Shown here in pieces: positions 41,911-52,145 of a DNA stretch of 64,000 bases. The notes beneath the pieces were generated by a model. That model saw nothing but the letters and a program-made list of their open reading frames with translations, ran no database searches and had not been told where the DNA came from. Made by a program: the position numbers and the translations under genes. Every line of letters starts with the position of its first letter. Positions within the stretch are counted from its first letter, which is position 1. The stretch comes from Candidatus Eiseniibacteriota bacterium (GTDB lineage: Bacteria; Eisenbacteria; RBG-16-71-46; JABDJR01): contig CAVXKA010000002.1 in NCBI GenBank assembly GCA_963762255.1, positions 928,001 through 992,000 of the forward strand. The letters run 5' to 3'.

Positions 41911-41952
41911 AAAAGCCGGGGCCCCTTCCGCCTGTTGTTGGAAGGGGCCCCG
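41911..41952 (-). terminator. Rho-independent terminator for the two secreted-protein genes
   Basis: 13 bp stem CGGGGCCCCTTCC/GGAAGGGGCCCCG followed by GCTTTT on the minus strand. Confidence 0.7.
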
Positions 41953-41986
41953 CGAAACAGAAACGCCTGTGGTCGACGTGATCTAG

Positions 41987-42682
41987 CTAGTACAGGCTCT
42001 TGATCCGTCCCCAGGTGGAGGACTCGGTCGCGACTGGAGGCTGCACGTCGAGCTTGGTGTCCGACATCCCGAAGTAGCCCAGATTGGCCACAGGAACAAC
42101 TTCCGGATCCACGCTGAAGCCCCCGGTGTCCTTCCCGATGAACCCCATACCGGACTGGCTCACGCGGCTGAACAGCGATCCACCCGTGAACTGGAAGTCG
42201 GAGTTCTGGCTTCCGGTCGTCTTGATCGTAGAAGTGTGGAATCCGGAGAACGAACCTTCCAGGATCATCGTCCCGTCCTGGAACGTGGCGATGTTTCCGA
42301 AGTCGGCATTGGGCGAGGCGTCTTCATAGATCCGAAACGTGCCGCCGCTGTAGTTCGTCACGTACTGTGGGTACTGCGGGATGGGGGGAGGCAGGCTCCC
42401 CAGCGACACCATGCCGGTCATGATGTAGGTGTACTCCACCCCCGCGGCGTTCGGGTTCAGGTCCGCGAATGGATCGTTGAAATCCACGACCTTCCCCACG
42501 ATGGTGAGCACGTCGCCCGCGATCGAGGTATGGGTGCCGACCACCCGCGTCCCTTCCCGCGCGTAGCTGGCGGCCCCGAATTCCACCACCGGGTTCACGA
42601 TCGCCGCCCCCACCCCCGAGAACGCCATGACCAGGGCGGTCGAAAGCGTCGCAGTCAGCATGAAGCGATAGCGATTGCGCAT
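41987..42682 (-). CDS. Secreted hypothetical protein with C-terminal TWGRIKSLY tail
   Basis: Signal peptide; GGTFRIYED and TFQDG motifs; ends PVATESSTWGRIKSLY. Confidence 0.8.
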   Translation of the reverse strand: MRNRYRFMLTATLSTALVMAFSGVGAAIVNPVVEFGAASYAREGTRVVGTHTSIAGDVLTIVGKVVDFNDPFADLNPNAAGVEYTYIMTGMVSLGSLPPPIPQYPQYVTNYSGGTFRIYEDASPNADFGNIATFQDGTMILEGSFSGFHTSTIKTTGSQNSDFQFTGGSLFSRVSQSGMGFIGKDTGGFSVDPEVVPVANLGYFGMSDTKLDVQPPVATESSTWGRIKSLY

Positions 42683-42685
42683 GGT

Positions 42686-43360
42686 TTATTCCTCCCCCAG
42701 GTACTTGTGCTTGAGACTTCCCCAGGTGCTCGGCGTGGTGCCGATCGTATCCTCGATGTAGAGCGCCCCGTCGATCTGCCAACTGTACCCGATGGGGACC
42801 GGGCTACCCGGCGTCGGGAATGCCCGAAGCCCGGCCAGGGTCCAACCCGTCCTCTGGTAAGTAGGGACGTTTGCGAGCTGGGTTCCGCGGACGAGGTCCA
42901 TCGTCCCCTCCAGGCTCCCTTCCCCGGTGGACAGATCGAAGTACACGGTGAGGCCCGTGAAGTCGGCGCCGATCACGCACTCCCCGTCGGTAAACGTGCT
43001 CGGAGAGACGGCGTTGGGAGGATTGGTCCCGTAGTCCGCCGCCGTTCCGCCCATCAAGGGGTCACCGTACACGTCGAAGGTCCCCCCGGTGAACGAGATG
43101 ACGACGAAGGTCCCGAAGGTATCCGCCTGAGCGATGCACGCCCCGGTGGCGTAGAACGTGTACTCGTTGGTGGCGTAGTCGAAGTTCAGATAGGTGGGCT
43201 CGACAGCGGGAACGTAGCCGACCGCGTTGTAACAGCCGGCCGGATTCCAGTAGTCGTAACCGTAAAAGTCGAGGAAGAGTTCGGCGGCTCCGGCCGCCAC
43301 GGCGAACAGCACGATCACAGCAAAGGCCAAAACCGCTCCCCGATATCTCAAGTTCTTCAT
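42686..43360 (-). CDS. Secreted hypothetical protein, paralog of the neighbour, with TWGSLKHKY tail
   Basis: AAGGAGG RBS; signal peptide; EYT, GGTFDVYGD, TFTDG shared with the neighbour; ends TTPSTWGSLKHKYLGEE. Confidence 0.8.
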   Translation of the reverse strand: MKNLRYRGAVLAFAVIVLFAVAAGAAELFLDFYGYDYWNPAGCYNAVGYVPAVEPTYLNFDYATNEYTFYATGACIAQADTFGTFVVISFTGGTFDVYGDPLMGGTAADYGTNPPNAVSPSTFTDGECVIGADFTGLTVYFDLSTGEGSLEGTMDLVRGTQLANVPTYQRTGWTLAGLRAFPTPGSPVPIGYSWQIDGALYIEDTIGTTPSTWGSLKHKYLGEE

Positions 43361-43587
43361 GCGGACCTCCTTTGGCGCGCAGAGCAGTGCGCCCGTCGAC
43401 GCGAAGCAGCACACGCGCGGTCAGGGGGAGGATCCCCACCGCGGAGAGTCAAGCAACATCTCGAGTCTGTAGCCCCGTATCTGCCAGACTACCCGATGGT
43501 GCCGGTTCTTTCAAGATAGGAGATGGTTCTTGTAATTCTTTATAGTCTCTGTAATTCAGTATAGATTCAGTACGGTTTGCGGGCGTG

Positions 43588-46091
43588 TCACCTCAATAGA
43601 AGCAGTCGGCTGCTGACGGAGCGGCCGGGGGTGTCGAGCCGCGCGAAGTAGGTCCCCCGCGGGAGCGACCGCCCATCCGCCCCGCGGCCATCCCATACGA
43701 TCTCCTTCTCCCCCATCTCGGAGTATCCCTGGCTCAAGATCCGAACCACGCGTCCAGCCGCATCGAACAGTGCGAGGCGATAGGATGATGGGCGGTCCAT
43801 AGAGAAACGGATCCGACTTTCCGCGCTGAACGGGTTGGGGAACGCCCGAAGCGGGCGCGAGAAACCGGGCGTCTCGGGGAGATCCGATCCGGCGGAGAGA
43901 GCCGATGCGGGCGGATAGGCCAGAACGACGATATCGTCGATCAACCACCCCGGCATTTCGACTCCCGAATCGCTTCGCAGCCGGAAGCGCAAGCTCAGGG
44001 CACTGGCTCCAGCGTGGTCGGACAGATCGATCTCCTCATCCACCCACAGGCGCCTATCTCCATCGTAGCCGGGAAGACCGAGGGCTTGGGTTCCACCGGC
44101 GTAGCCGCCCGTCGTGCCATGGCCGGGCCGCGTCCACCGCCCGTGCCGGGGTGTCCAGGTCGCTCCGGAATCCGCGCTCACCTCGACGGTGGCGAAATCG
44201 AAGCCTGTCTCGACGTCCCACCGGGCGCGGAATCGCAACACCGCACCGGCCGCTCCGCTCAGATCGAGGAATCCCGCAAGCGTGAGCCGGGACATCGGCG
44301 CCCGCTGCATAGTCCGCGATGGGCGAATCGGAGAACGCCGAGTCTCCATCCACCGCCTCCAGGCCCCACCCTCCCGAGGCGGTCCAGTGATCGAGAGAAA
44401 TGTTGCCGCTGTCGACGAATACCTCGGTGGGCTCGCCCAACCGAAACGTCAACGTGTCGCGTCCGACGTATCCGGCGGCGTCCACGATCTCCAGGTAGAG
44501 CGGGACGATCTCTCCGGGGACGGCGTCCGCGTCCGCGTGCACCACGAGCGATCCGTTCGTGACCGGCCACGATCCCCCTCCGGGAGAAAGATCGGGGAAG
44601 TTCGCCTCACCGTCGACGAGGGTGACTGCGGGGTGGCCTGAGACCGCGTGGACGGTGATGCCCCCCGAGGTCTGGCTCGTGATGCCCATGTGCCGGAGGT
44701 AGAAACGCACATCGCGCGTCTCACCGGGGCGCAGCACCCCGACGGAATCCTCGACTTGCTAGGCTCTCCGCGACCGCGTAGACCCCGGCGGCGTAGGCCG
44801 TGGCAACGTGCGAGGGAAGCGTCAGCTCGGCCAGCGGGAGGATCCGCGACGGCGGCGGCCAGAACCCGTCGTCCTGGTTGCCGATTTCGGTCGTGTAGGC
44901 CAGGGCCCTGGGCTTCGACGTGTCGCCGTACATCCAATCGTTGGCGTCACCGTTCACCGGATAGAGGATTTGACCCGACCGTCCATGGGCGTAATGGTCG
45001 ACCTCGGTCTTGGCGTCCCCGAGCCGGACGAACGCCGCCGAGTCGGGCGTGTCGGCGGCGATGTACCCCCATGGATAGAGGCTCGCTTCGTAGTAGGTGT
45101 GCAGGTTGTCGGCGGTGCGAAACGCGTGGCTCGCGCAGAAATCGCGCACTGCCTGGGTCTCGGGCTCCGAGAACGCAGCCGGCCCACGATACAGATCGCT
45201 GGACGGATTCGGAGACGATCCGATGTTGTCGTAGCCCCACTGATACCCGAAGTTGCGATTGAGATCCACGCCCTCGCGGGCCTCGACGACGCCGTCCCCA
45301 TCGTTGTCCCGGGCGTTCTTGCGCCAGAAACCGAACGCGCCCCCCGAGACCCAGGTGGACTCGTTGATCGCATACCCGTCCGGATTGACGACCGGGATGA
45401 ACCAGATCTCGCGTTCATCCACGAGATACGTGAGCTCGGGATCGGTGCCGTAGCCGTCGATGAGAGCGATCAGAAAGTGGAGCGCCGACTGCATGCTCTC
45501 CGGCTCGCGGGCGTGGGTGAGGGAAGTGAACAGGACTTCGGGGCGGGTACCCAGAGACTTTCCGGGTCCGGCCACCCCGATGGCGAGGATCGGGCGCCCC
45601 TGCCTGCTGGTCCCAATCGTGTCCACCTCTGTGAGGATGTTTTGCATGTCCGCGGCTGCGAGCGAGTCCAGCAGCGCGGCCACCTCATCGTAGGTCCAGA
45701 ACCCGCCGAGCGAGCCTTGGCCGAAGCCGGGCACCGAGGCGGATTGAGCGGATGCCCCGGCAAGGGTTCCCGGACCGCGCGGCGCAACGCCGTTCGCGCG
45801 GGCCAGATGGGCACCGTAGTCGGCGACCACCTCAAGCGGACATAGACCGGCGTCCTCGAGGGCCTCGCGTGCGCCCGGCCAGCCCAGAACCAACGCGCGA
45901 TAGCCGGGGCGAACCGAGATCAGGTCCACGTCGACTCCGACCAGCCGAGCCCAGGCATCCGGGCCCGTGAGATCGACTTCGTAGAGCGGAAGCGGCCCGA
46001 GAACGGAGGACGGCCGGCCCGCCCCCCCCAACACGACTGCGGCCAGGAAGATGGGGAGTATCAGAGATAGAGAGCGAGGGAATATCCGCAT
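43588..46091 (-). CDS. Secreted M14 zinc carboxypeptidase with jelly-roll-like and FlgD-Ig-like C-terminal domains; two +1 frameshifts (~44757, ~44290)
   Basis: THAREP, VNPDG, WRKN, GVDLNRNF, FSEPET, LHTY in frame 1; WDVETGFDF, GWLIDD, FPNPF, WDGR...GTYFARL in frame 3. Confidence 0.82.
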
Positions 46092-46187
46092 GCTCAGAAT
46101 CATACCAGCCTCGGAAGGAGCGCTCGGCCGGGCCTCCCCCGCCATCGGGTTTGGCGGGACATGGTCCACCCGCTACAATCCCCACCC

Positions 46188-46871
46188 ATGAAAATCACGC
46201 TTCCTTGGCGCAGCATACTCGTGCTCGTGGTGGTGGGCGCCGCCATGGGACTCGCCTTCAACCTACTTCGCCCCGATCCTCTCCCCTGGGTGGCCCAGGC
46301 CAAAGCCACCGTGAACTTGGAGGATCTCACGATCCCCGCGCCGGACACCGGCAGGGTAGAACCGGCGCGCGAGACCCCGGCGGTCACGACCCCGGTTTCC
46401 GCCGACCCATCGCCCGTGACCCCGGCCACCCATGACACGCCACCCGCCAACTCCATCCCCGTCCCGCCCGCTGCCGAAGCCCGGCCGCCGGCAGACAGGG
46501 ATCTCTATCCCGATATCCCGGAGGCCGTCCTTCCGATCAGTATTTCGCTGGAGCAAGCCAAGGGCTTCTACGATCGGCGAGGGCTCCTCGTTCTGGACGC
46601 GCGCGAGATGGAGGAATTCGGGGAGGGCCACATCAAGGGTGCGGAGGCGGCCCCGTACGACGACAAGGTCGCGGACAGCGATTGGATGGAGAAGACGGCC
46701 GCAGATCCGCGGCCGATCCTCGTCTACTGCACCGGAGGAGAGTGCGAGCTGTCCCACGATCTCGCCGACGAGATCCTGCGCACCGGGCACAAGCGGGTGA
46801 TGATCCTGACCGCGGGGTACGAGGACTGGAAGAAAGCGGGCTATCCGACCGCAACGGGGGTGACACCATGA
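46188..46871 (+). CDS. Membrane-anchored rhodanese-domain protein
   Basis: N-terminal TM; LDARE..F.EGHIKGA, VYCTGGECELS, GYEDWKKAGYP. Confidence 0.85.
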   Translation: MKITLPWRSILVLVVVGAAMGLAFNLLRPDPLPWVAQAKATVNLEDLTIPAPDTGRVEPARETPAVTTPVSADPSPVTPATHDTPPANSIPVPPAAEARPPADRDLYPDIPEAVLPISISLEQAKGFYDRRGLLVLDAREMEEFGEGHIKGAEAAPYDDKVADSDWMEKTAADPRPILVYCTGGECELSHDLADEILRTGHKRVMILTAGYEDWKKAGYPTATGVTP

Positions 46872-47320
46872 TCGAGCGATCTGCGTGGGGGTGGCGGTAT
46901 GCGCCTCGCTTCTTGCTAGGAGCGCTCTTCCTCTGGGCATCGCTGGCCAAGATCGGCAACATCGATGGCTTCGCGACGGATCTTCACCATTACCGGATCC
47001 TTCCCCTTGCACTCGAAAACATCCTCGCGATGATGTTGCCTTGGATCGAGGTTCTGGCCGGGCTCGCTCTGGTGCTGAACTTCGCGCCCCGAGCGGGCAG
47101 CGTGATCCTGGGTGTCATGCTCGTCGTGTTCATCGCCGCGATCTTGAGCGCGATGGCGCGCGACCTCGACATCGCGTGCGGCTGCTTCGGCACGGCCGAC
47201 GCCACGCGCACCGGATGGATCGCCCTCCTGCGCGACCTTGGCTTCCTGGCTCTCGCGTGGGTCGGCTATCCGCGCGAGCGCGTCACGAGCCCACTTCACA
47301 CGACGCACGCGCACGCGTAG
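46868..47320 (+). CDS. MauE/DoxX-like membrane protein
   Basis: ATGA overlap; ASLAKI, LPWIE, LDIACGCFG, RD motifs. Confidence 0.85.
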   Translation: MIERSAWGWRYAPRFLLGALFLWASLAKIGNIDGFATDLHHYRILPLALENILAMMLPWIEVLAGLALVLNFAPRAGSVILGVMLVVFIAAILSAMARDLDIACGCFGTADATRTGWIALLRDLGFLALAWVGYPRERVTSPLHTTHAHA

Positions 47321-47329
47321 TCTCCCCGC

Positions 47330-48091
47330 GTGCACGAGCTGGTTCTTGGCCTCATCCTTGTGGGCGGGTTCGTCGCCGGCATCCTCAACACGCTGGCCGG
47401 CGGCGGATCTCTCATCACCCTCCCCCTTCTGATCTTCTCCGGTCTTCCCGCCGGGGTCGCCAACGGCACCAACCGGGTGGCGATCGTGCTGCAGAACGTC
47501 GGGGGGCTGGCCGGCTTCCGCAAGCACGGCCTGGGCGTGGGCCGGGACGCGTGGATCCTCCTCATCCCCTCGATGGCGGGGGCGATCCTCGGGGCCAAGC
47601 TCGCCGTCGACCTGGACGAGGCGATGATGCGCCGAGCGATCGCGGTGCTCCTCGTCATCATGCTCGTCCCGATCCTGCGCTCCACGAGACCCGCCGTGAA
47701 GAAGGCTCCGGTCTCGCTCTCCTTCCCGTGGTGGGTCTGGCCCGCCTACTTCGTGGTCGGGGTCTACGGGGGATTCCTGCAGGCGGGGGTGGGGTTCCTA
47801 TACCTCGCACTCCTCGCCGGCGCGCAGGGGCTCGACCTCTTGCGCGCGAACGTGATCAAGGTGTTCCTGATCCTCGCCTACAGCGTGGTCGCGTTGGCGA
47901 TGTTCGCCGCCGAGGGGAAGGTGGCCCCGGTGCAGGGGTTGGTGCTCGCCGTCGGCAACATGGCGGGTGGGTGGGTCGGCGCGCACATGGCGGTGCGCAG
48001 GGGAGAGCGCCTCATCCGCGTGATTCTGGTGGTCGCGGTTCTCGCTTCCGCCGCGAAGCTCACCGGTCTCCTCGATCTCCTGTTTCGCTGA
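47330..48091 (+). CDS. TauE/SafE family sulfite/organosulfur exporter
   Basis: NTLAGGGSLITLP, ANGTNRV, YGGFLQAGVG; about 8 TM. Confidence 0.88.
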   Translation: MHELVLGLILVGGFVAGILNTLAGGGSLITLPLLIFSGLPAGVANGTNRVAIVLQNVGGLAGFRKHGLGVGRDAWILLIPSMAGAILGAKLAVDLDEAMMRRAIAVLLVIMLVPILRSTRPAVKKAPVSLSFPWWVWPAYFVVGVYGGFLQAGVGFLYLALLAGAQGLDLLRANVIKVFLILAYSVVALAMFAAEGKVAPVQGLVLAVGNMAGGWVGAHMAVRRGERLIRVILVVAVLASAAKLTGLLDLLFR

Positions 48092-48147
48092 TCGGTCCCG
48101 GGGGGAGGCCGCTTCCGTCGGCAGCCGTGCGGCGCTAGAATCCCCGC

Positions 48148-48609
48148 ATGGACCTCCAGGCCACCTATCACGAAGGCCATCTCATCGTGGCCGCGATCCG
48201 CATCCTCAAGCATCGCCACGGCGGTCGACCTCCCACGGTGGAAGAAGTCGCGGAGCACATCGGGCTCTCGCGCGAGTGGATCGGCGTCATGGCCGCCGCG
48301 ATGGGGCGTGCCGGCGTGCTCGACGAGCTCACCGGCCCCTTCGAGACGCGCATCGAGATCCGCGACCATCTCGCACTGGAAGATCTGCCGCGCGCCGACG
48401 CCACCGCGGGCGTGGACGAGGAGTTGCGCGAGTTCTCGGCGAAGAAGCGCGAGGAGGAAGAGGGGCTTCGCAAGCTCTTCGCTTCAGGCGACGCGCTCAA
48501 GAAGCAGCAGTCCAAGATGGGCAAGCTCGCCGACGACCTCAAGCGCTACAAGCCCAAGGGGCCGACCGCGACTCCCCTCTTCAAGGACGCCCCCCCCGAG
48601 GACGACTAG
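48148..48609 (+). CDS. Hypothetical protein with N-terminal winged-HTH-like segment and charged tail
   Basis: RPPTVEEVAEHIGLS resembles a LexA-type HTH; coiled-coil-like C-terminus. Confidence 0.6.
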   Translation: MDLQATYHEGHLIVAAIRILKHRHGGRPPTVEEVAEHIGLSREWIGVMAAAMGRAGVLDELTGPFETRIEIRDHLALEDLPRADATAGVDEELREFSAKKREEEEGLRKLFASGDALKKQQSKMGKLADDLKRYKPKGPTATPLFKDAPPEDD

Positions 48610-48674
48610 CGAGGACGACCCACGGCACGCGCAGCGCGGCGCGGCGCCGCATCGCTGGTATGATCCCCTGCCTC

Positions 48675-50000
48675 ATGAACGGCCGCACCGCACCCGATCT
48701 CCGCCGCGTCTTCACCGTCTGGTGGCCTCTCGCCGCGAGCTGGCTCATGATGGGCTTCGAGCTGCCGGCGGTGAGCGCCTTCATGGCGCGTCTCCCCGAT
48801 CCGGAGCTCAACCTCGCCGCTTACGGCGGCGTGGTCTTCCCGGTCGCGCTGATCGTGGAAGCGCCGATCATCATGCTCCTCGCCGCTTCCACCGCGCTCT
48901 GCAAGGACCGCGCTTCCTACCTGAAGATCCGCCGTTTCATGTTCACCACGGCGGGTGCGCTCACCGTCCTGCACGTACTCGTGGCGGCGACCCCGCTCTA
49001 CGACTTCGTCGTGGGCCGAGTGATCGGCGCACCGGAGGAGATCCGAGGTCCTGCGCGCGTGGGGCTCCTCATCATGACGCCCTGGACGGCATCCATCGCC
49101 TACCGCCGCTTCCAGCAGGGCGTGCTCATCCGCTTCGGCAAGGCCCGCCTCGTGGGGATAGGCACCGCGGTTCGCCTGGGTACCAACCTCGCAGTGCTGA
49201 TCACCGGCTACACGCTGCACTCGCTGCCCGGCATCGTGGTCGGCACGGCGGCGGTGGCGGCGGGGGTCATGGCCGAAGCGATCTTCATCGGCATCGCGGT
49301 GCGGCCGACGCTGCGCGGCGCGCTCACGCAGGCGCCTCCGGTGCCGGTACTTCTCACCTGGCGCACGTTCCACGCGTTCTACATCCCTCTCGCCATGACC
49401 TCGCTCCTCACACTCCTCGCCCAACCGATCGTGAGCGCGGCCCTGAGCCGGCTGCCCCGCGCCCTTGATTCCCTCGCCGTGTGGCCGGTCATCAACGGAC
49501 TGGTGTTCACGCTGCGAAGCATGGGGCTCGCCTTCAACGAGGTCGTGGTGTCGCTCCTCGAGGAGCCCGGCGCCCACCGCGCGCTCCTGCGCTTCACGCG
49601 GCTCCTCGCCGGGATCACCAGCGCCGTCCTTCTGCTGCTGGCGGTCACGCCTCTGGGATGGCTCTGGTTCTCCGGTGTCTCGGGGTTGAGTCCGTCGCTT
49701 GCGCGCCTCGGCGCGGCCGCAATCTGGGTCTCGATCCTCGTCCCGGCCGCAAGCGTGTACTTGAGCTGGTACACGGGGATTCTCGTTCACGCGCGGCGCA
49801 CGCGGGCGATCACCGAGTCGGTGGCGCTCTACCTCGCGCTCAACGTGGCGCTCCTCGCCGCCGCCGTCGCCTTCACCGACATCACCGGGATCTACGTGGG
49901 ATTGGCCACGGTGGCGGTGGGCGTGCTCGGGCAGGCGTTCTGGCTGCGCTATCGCGCCGAGGCGCCGCTCACCGCCATCAAGGCAGCCGAACGCGGATGA
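48675..50000 (+). CDS. Multi-pass MOP-superfamily transporter (MATE/ANKH-like)
   Basis: Two internal halves beginning WWPLA and YIPLA; EAPIIMLL; YRRFQQGVLI; about 12 TM. Confidence 0.7.
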   Translation: MNGRTAPDLRRVFTVWWPLAASWLMMGFELPAVSAFMARLPDPELNLAAYGGVVFPVALIVEAPIIMLLAASTALCKDRASYLKIRRFMFTTAGALTVLHVLVAATPLYDFVVGRVIGAPEEIRGPARVGLLIMTPWTASIAYRRFQQGVLIRFGKARLVGIGTAVRLGTNLAVLITGYTLHSLPGIVVGTAAVAAGVMAEAIFIGIAVRPTLRGALTQAPPVPVLLTWRTFHAFYIPLAMTSLLTLLAQPIVSAALSRLPRALDSLAVWPVINGLVFTLRSMGLAFNEVVVSLLEEPGAHRALLRFTRLLAGITSAVLLLLAVTPLGWLWFSGVSGLSPSLARLGAAAIWVSILVPAASVYLSWYTGILVHARRTRAITESVALYLALNVALLAAAVAFTDITGIYVGLATVAVGVLGQAFWLRYRAEAPLTAIKAAERG

Positions 50001-52134
50001 AGTCGGGATCGCTGCCGCCGCCCTCCACTTCCCGGCCGTCGAGGAGGACTCGCACCTTCACCTCGTCGCCCCTGATGCTCAGGACCGCGCCCTCCACCGT
50101 CTCCCTGCGGACGTCGAGCACGCCCCCGGCGGTGGTGGCCGTGTATCGCACGATCCCGTACCTGCCGTCGAGATAGCCGAACCCGTCGCCCTCATCCCTG
50201 TAGAGGTACCCTTCCGCACGGCCCTCCGCATCGGGAGCGACAAGGAGCGTGCGCGGTTCACCCGGCTTCTCCCCCACATACTCGATGGCCGGTCCCACGC
50301 ACACGATGGCACCGGGACGCAGGAAGAGTGCGGGGAGATCGGCCTCGTTCGCCTCGGCGGGATCCAGCACGAACCGGCGCCACGTGCGCTCGAGGTTGGT
50401 GGCCTTGCGCGTTCCGCGAGGGGTGACCGTGGCCGCCACCAACACGTCGCCACCCAGGAGGAAGGCGTCGTCCACCGCGCGCAGTGAAAGGTCCCGCGGG
50501 TCCGCGAAGAAGAGCGGACGCGCCACGGGAAGGCCGGTCTCGGCGGCCTCGCGGAAGACGGTGTAGAGGTACGGCATCAACAGGTAGCGGCGCGAGAGTG
50601 CCAACCGGCAGGTCTTCTCCACCGCGGGACCGAACGCCCACGGTTCCTTGTCGATTGCGCCTTTCTCGGTGTGCCCCCGCGCGAAGGGCAGGAGGGAGGC
50701 GAAGCCCATCCAGCGCGCGAACATCTCACCGTCGCCGTTGCCTGCGAAGCCGCCGATGTCGGGTCCGGCGAAGGGCTGGCCGGAGAGCCCGAGGTTCAGC
50801 ACCATGGGAATCGAGATCGCGACATGTTCCCAGGTCGCGGAGTTGTCACCGGTCCACGCGGCGGCGTACCGCTGGCCGCCCAGATGATTGGCTCGCGAGA
50901 GGACGAACGGCCGCAGGTCCGGGCGCGCGGCGAGGAGCCCGTCGCGCGTTCCCCGCGCCATCTGCATGCCGTACACGTTGTGGTAGCGATCGTGCGTGTC
51001 GGGCCCGCCGAGATCGGGATCCGCGCGATGGCGGTTCTCGAGCGGCATGGTCTTGCTGCCCACATTGAACACGGCGGGCTCGTTCATGTCGTTCCACACC
51101 CCGTCCACCCCCATGGCGAGGAAGTCGCGATAGAGGCCTCCCCACCAGGATCGCACGGCCGCGTTGGTGAAGTCGGGGAAGACGCAGGGTCCGGGCCACA
51201 CGTTGCCGATGAAGGGGGCGTCCCACTGCGTGGTCACCCACGCCGAGGCCTCGGTGCCCGAGTCGTAGACCGCGTTGCCCGCTTCCGCCTTGATGCCGGG
51301 GTCAATCATCCACACGCTGTGGAACCCTTCAGCGTGCAGGTCGCGGTTGAGCGCGGCGGGATCGGAAAATGACGCCGGATTGAAGGTGAAGGAGCGAAAA
51401 CCGTCCATGTAGTCGATGTCCATCCAGATCACGTCGCAGGGAATGTCCCGGCGGCGAAACTCCGAGGCCACCTCGCGCACGCGCGCATCGGGCGTGTAGG
51501 AATAGCGGCACTGCTGGTAGCCCAGCGCCCACTGGGGCGGGAGCGGCATGTGCCCGGTGAGATCGGCCAGCGCCATGACGACCCTCTGCGGCGAATCGCG
51601 GTCGATCACGATCACCGCGAAGGGCGGCCCGTCGGCGATGCAGACGATGCTGGCGTTGAGCTCAATCCGCGCGCGATACGTCGTGTCGAAGAGCACACCG
51701 AACGCGGTCCCGTCCTTGCGCACACCGAGCACCCAGGGATGGGACTGGTAGAGATGCGGGGTTTCCGAGTCATACCCGTAGGCATCGTAGTTCCAGCATG
51801 TGACGGTCCGGCCGTTGCGAAGCAGCGGCCCCCCCACCATGCCGGTGCCGTAGAGGCTGGTCCCGTCCGGCACGGGAACCACCGCCGCGTAGCGATTCTG
51901 AATGAATCGGAACTCGGGGGCGAGAGGGCCGTCCGCGGACGACGGGCCAAGCGCCGGACGCTGCTCGGCCAGGGCGACAGACGGGCGGGCCGATAGCCGC
52001 AATTCATCGGAGGCAAAGTACCGAACGATGCCCTCGCCGATCGATTCTGCCACCGGCGCCGCGAGCGCCCCCCGAGCGCACGCGGCAAGAAGGAATGCGA
52101 ACAGCAGCACCCGGCCGATCGATCGCCGCATCAC
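49978..52134 (-). CDS. Glycoside hydrolase family 31 (alpha-glucosidase-like), exported
   Basis: WALGYQQCRYSY, WMDIDYM, WNDMNEP nucleophile motif, WTGDN acid/base motif, GPDIGGF; signal peptide. Confidence 0.93.
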   Translation of the reverse strand: MMRRSIGRVLLFAFLLAACARGALAAPVAESIGEGIVRYFASDELRLSARPSVALAEQRPALGPSSADGPLAPEFRFIQNRYAAVVPVPDGTSLYGTGMVGGPLLRNGRTVTCWNYDAYGYDSETPHLYQSHPWVLGVRKDGTAFGVLFDTTYRARIELNASIVCIADGPPFAVIVIDRDSPQRVVMALADLTGHMPLPPQWALGYQQCRYSYTPDARVREVASEFRRRDIPCDVIWMDIDYMDGFRSFTFNPASFSDPAALNRDLHAEGFHSVWMIDPGIKAEAGNAVYDSGTEASAWVTTQWDAPFIGNVWPGPCVFPDFTNAAVRSWWGGLYRDFLAMGVDGVWNDMNEPAVFNVGSKTMPLENRHRADPDLGGPDTHDRYHNVYGMQMARGTRDGLLAARPDLRPFVLSRANHLGGQRYAAAWTGDNSATWEHVAISIPMVLNLGLSGQPFAGPDIGGFAGNGDGEMFARWMGFASLLPFARGHTEKGAIDKEPWAFGPAVEKTCRLALSRRYLLMPYLYTVFREAAETGLPVARPLFFADPRDLSLRAVDDAFLLGGDVLVAATVTPRGTRKATNLERTWRRFVLDPAEANEADLPALFLRPGAIVCVGPAIEYVGEKPGEPRTLLVAPDAEGRAEGYLYRDEGDGFGYLDGRYGIVRYTATTAGGVLDVRRETVEGAVLSIRGDEVKVRVLLDGREVEGGGSDPDFIRVRLP

Positions 52135-52145
52135 GTCACCACCTC

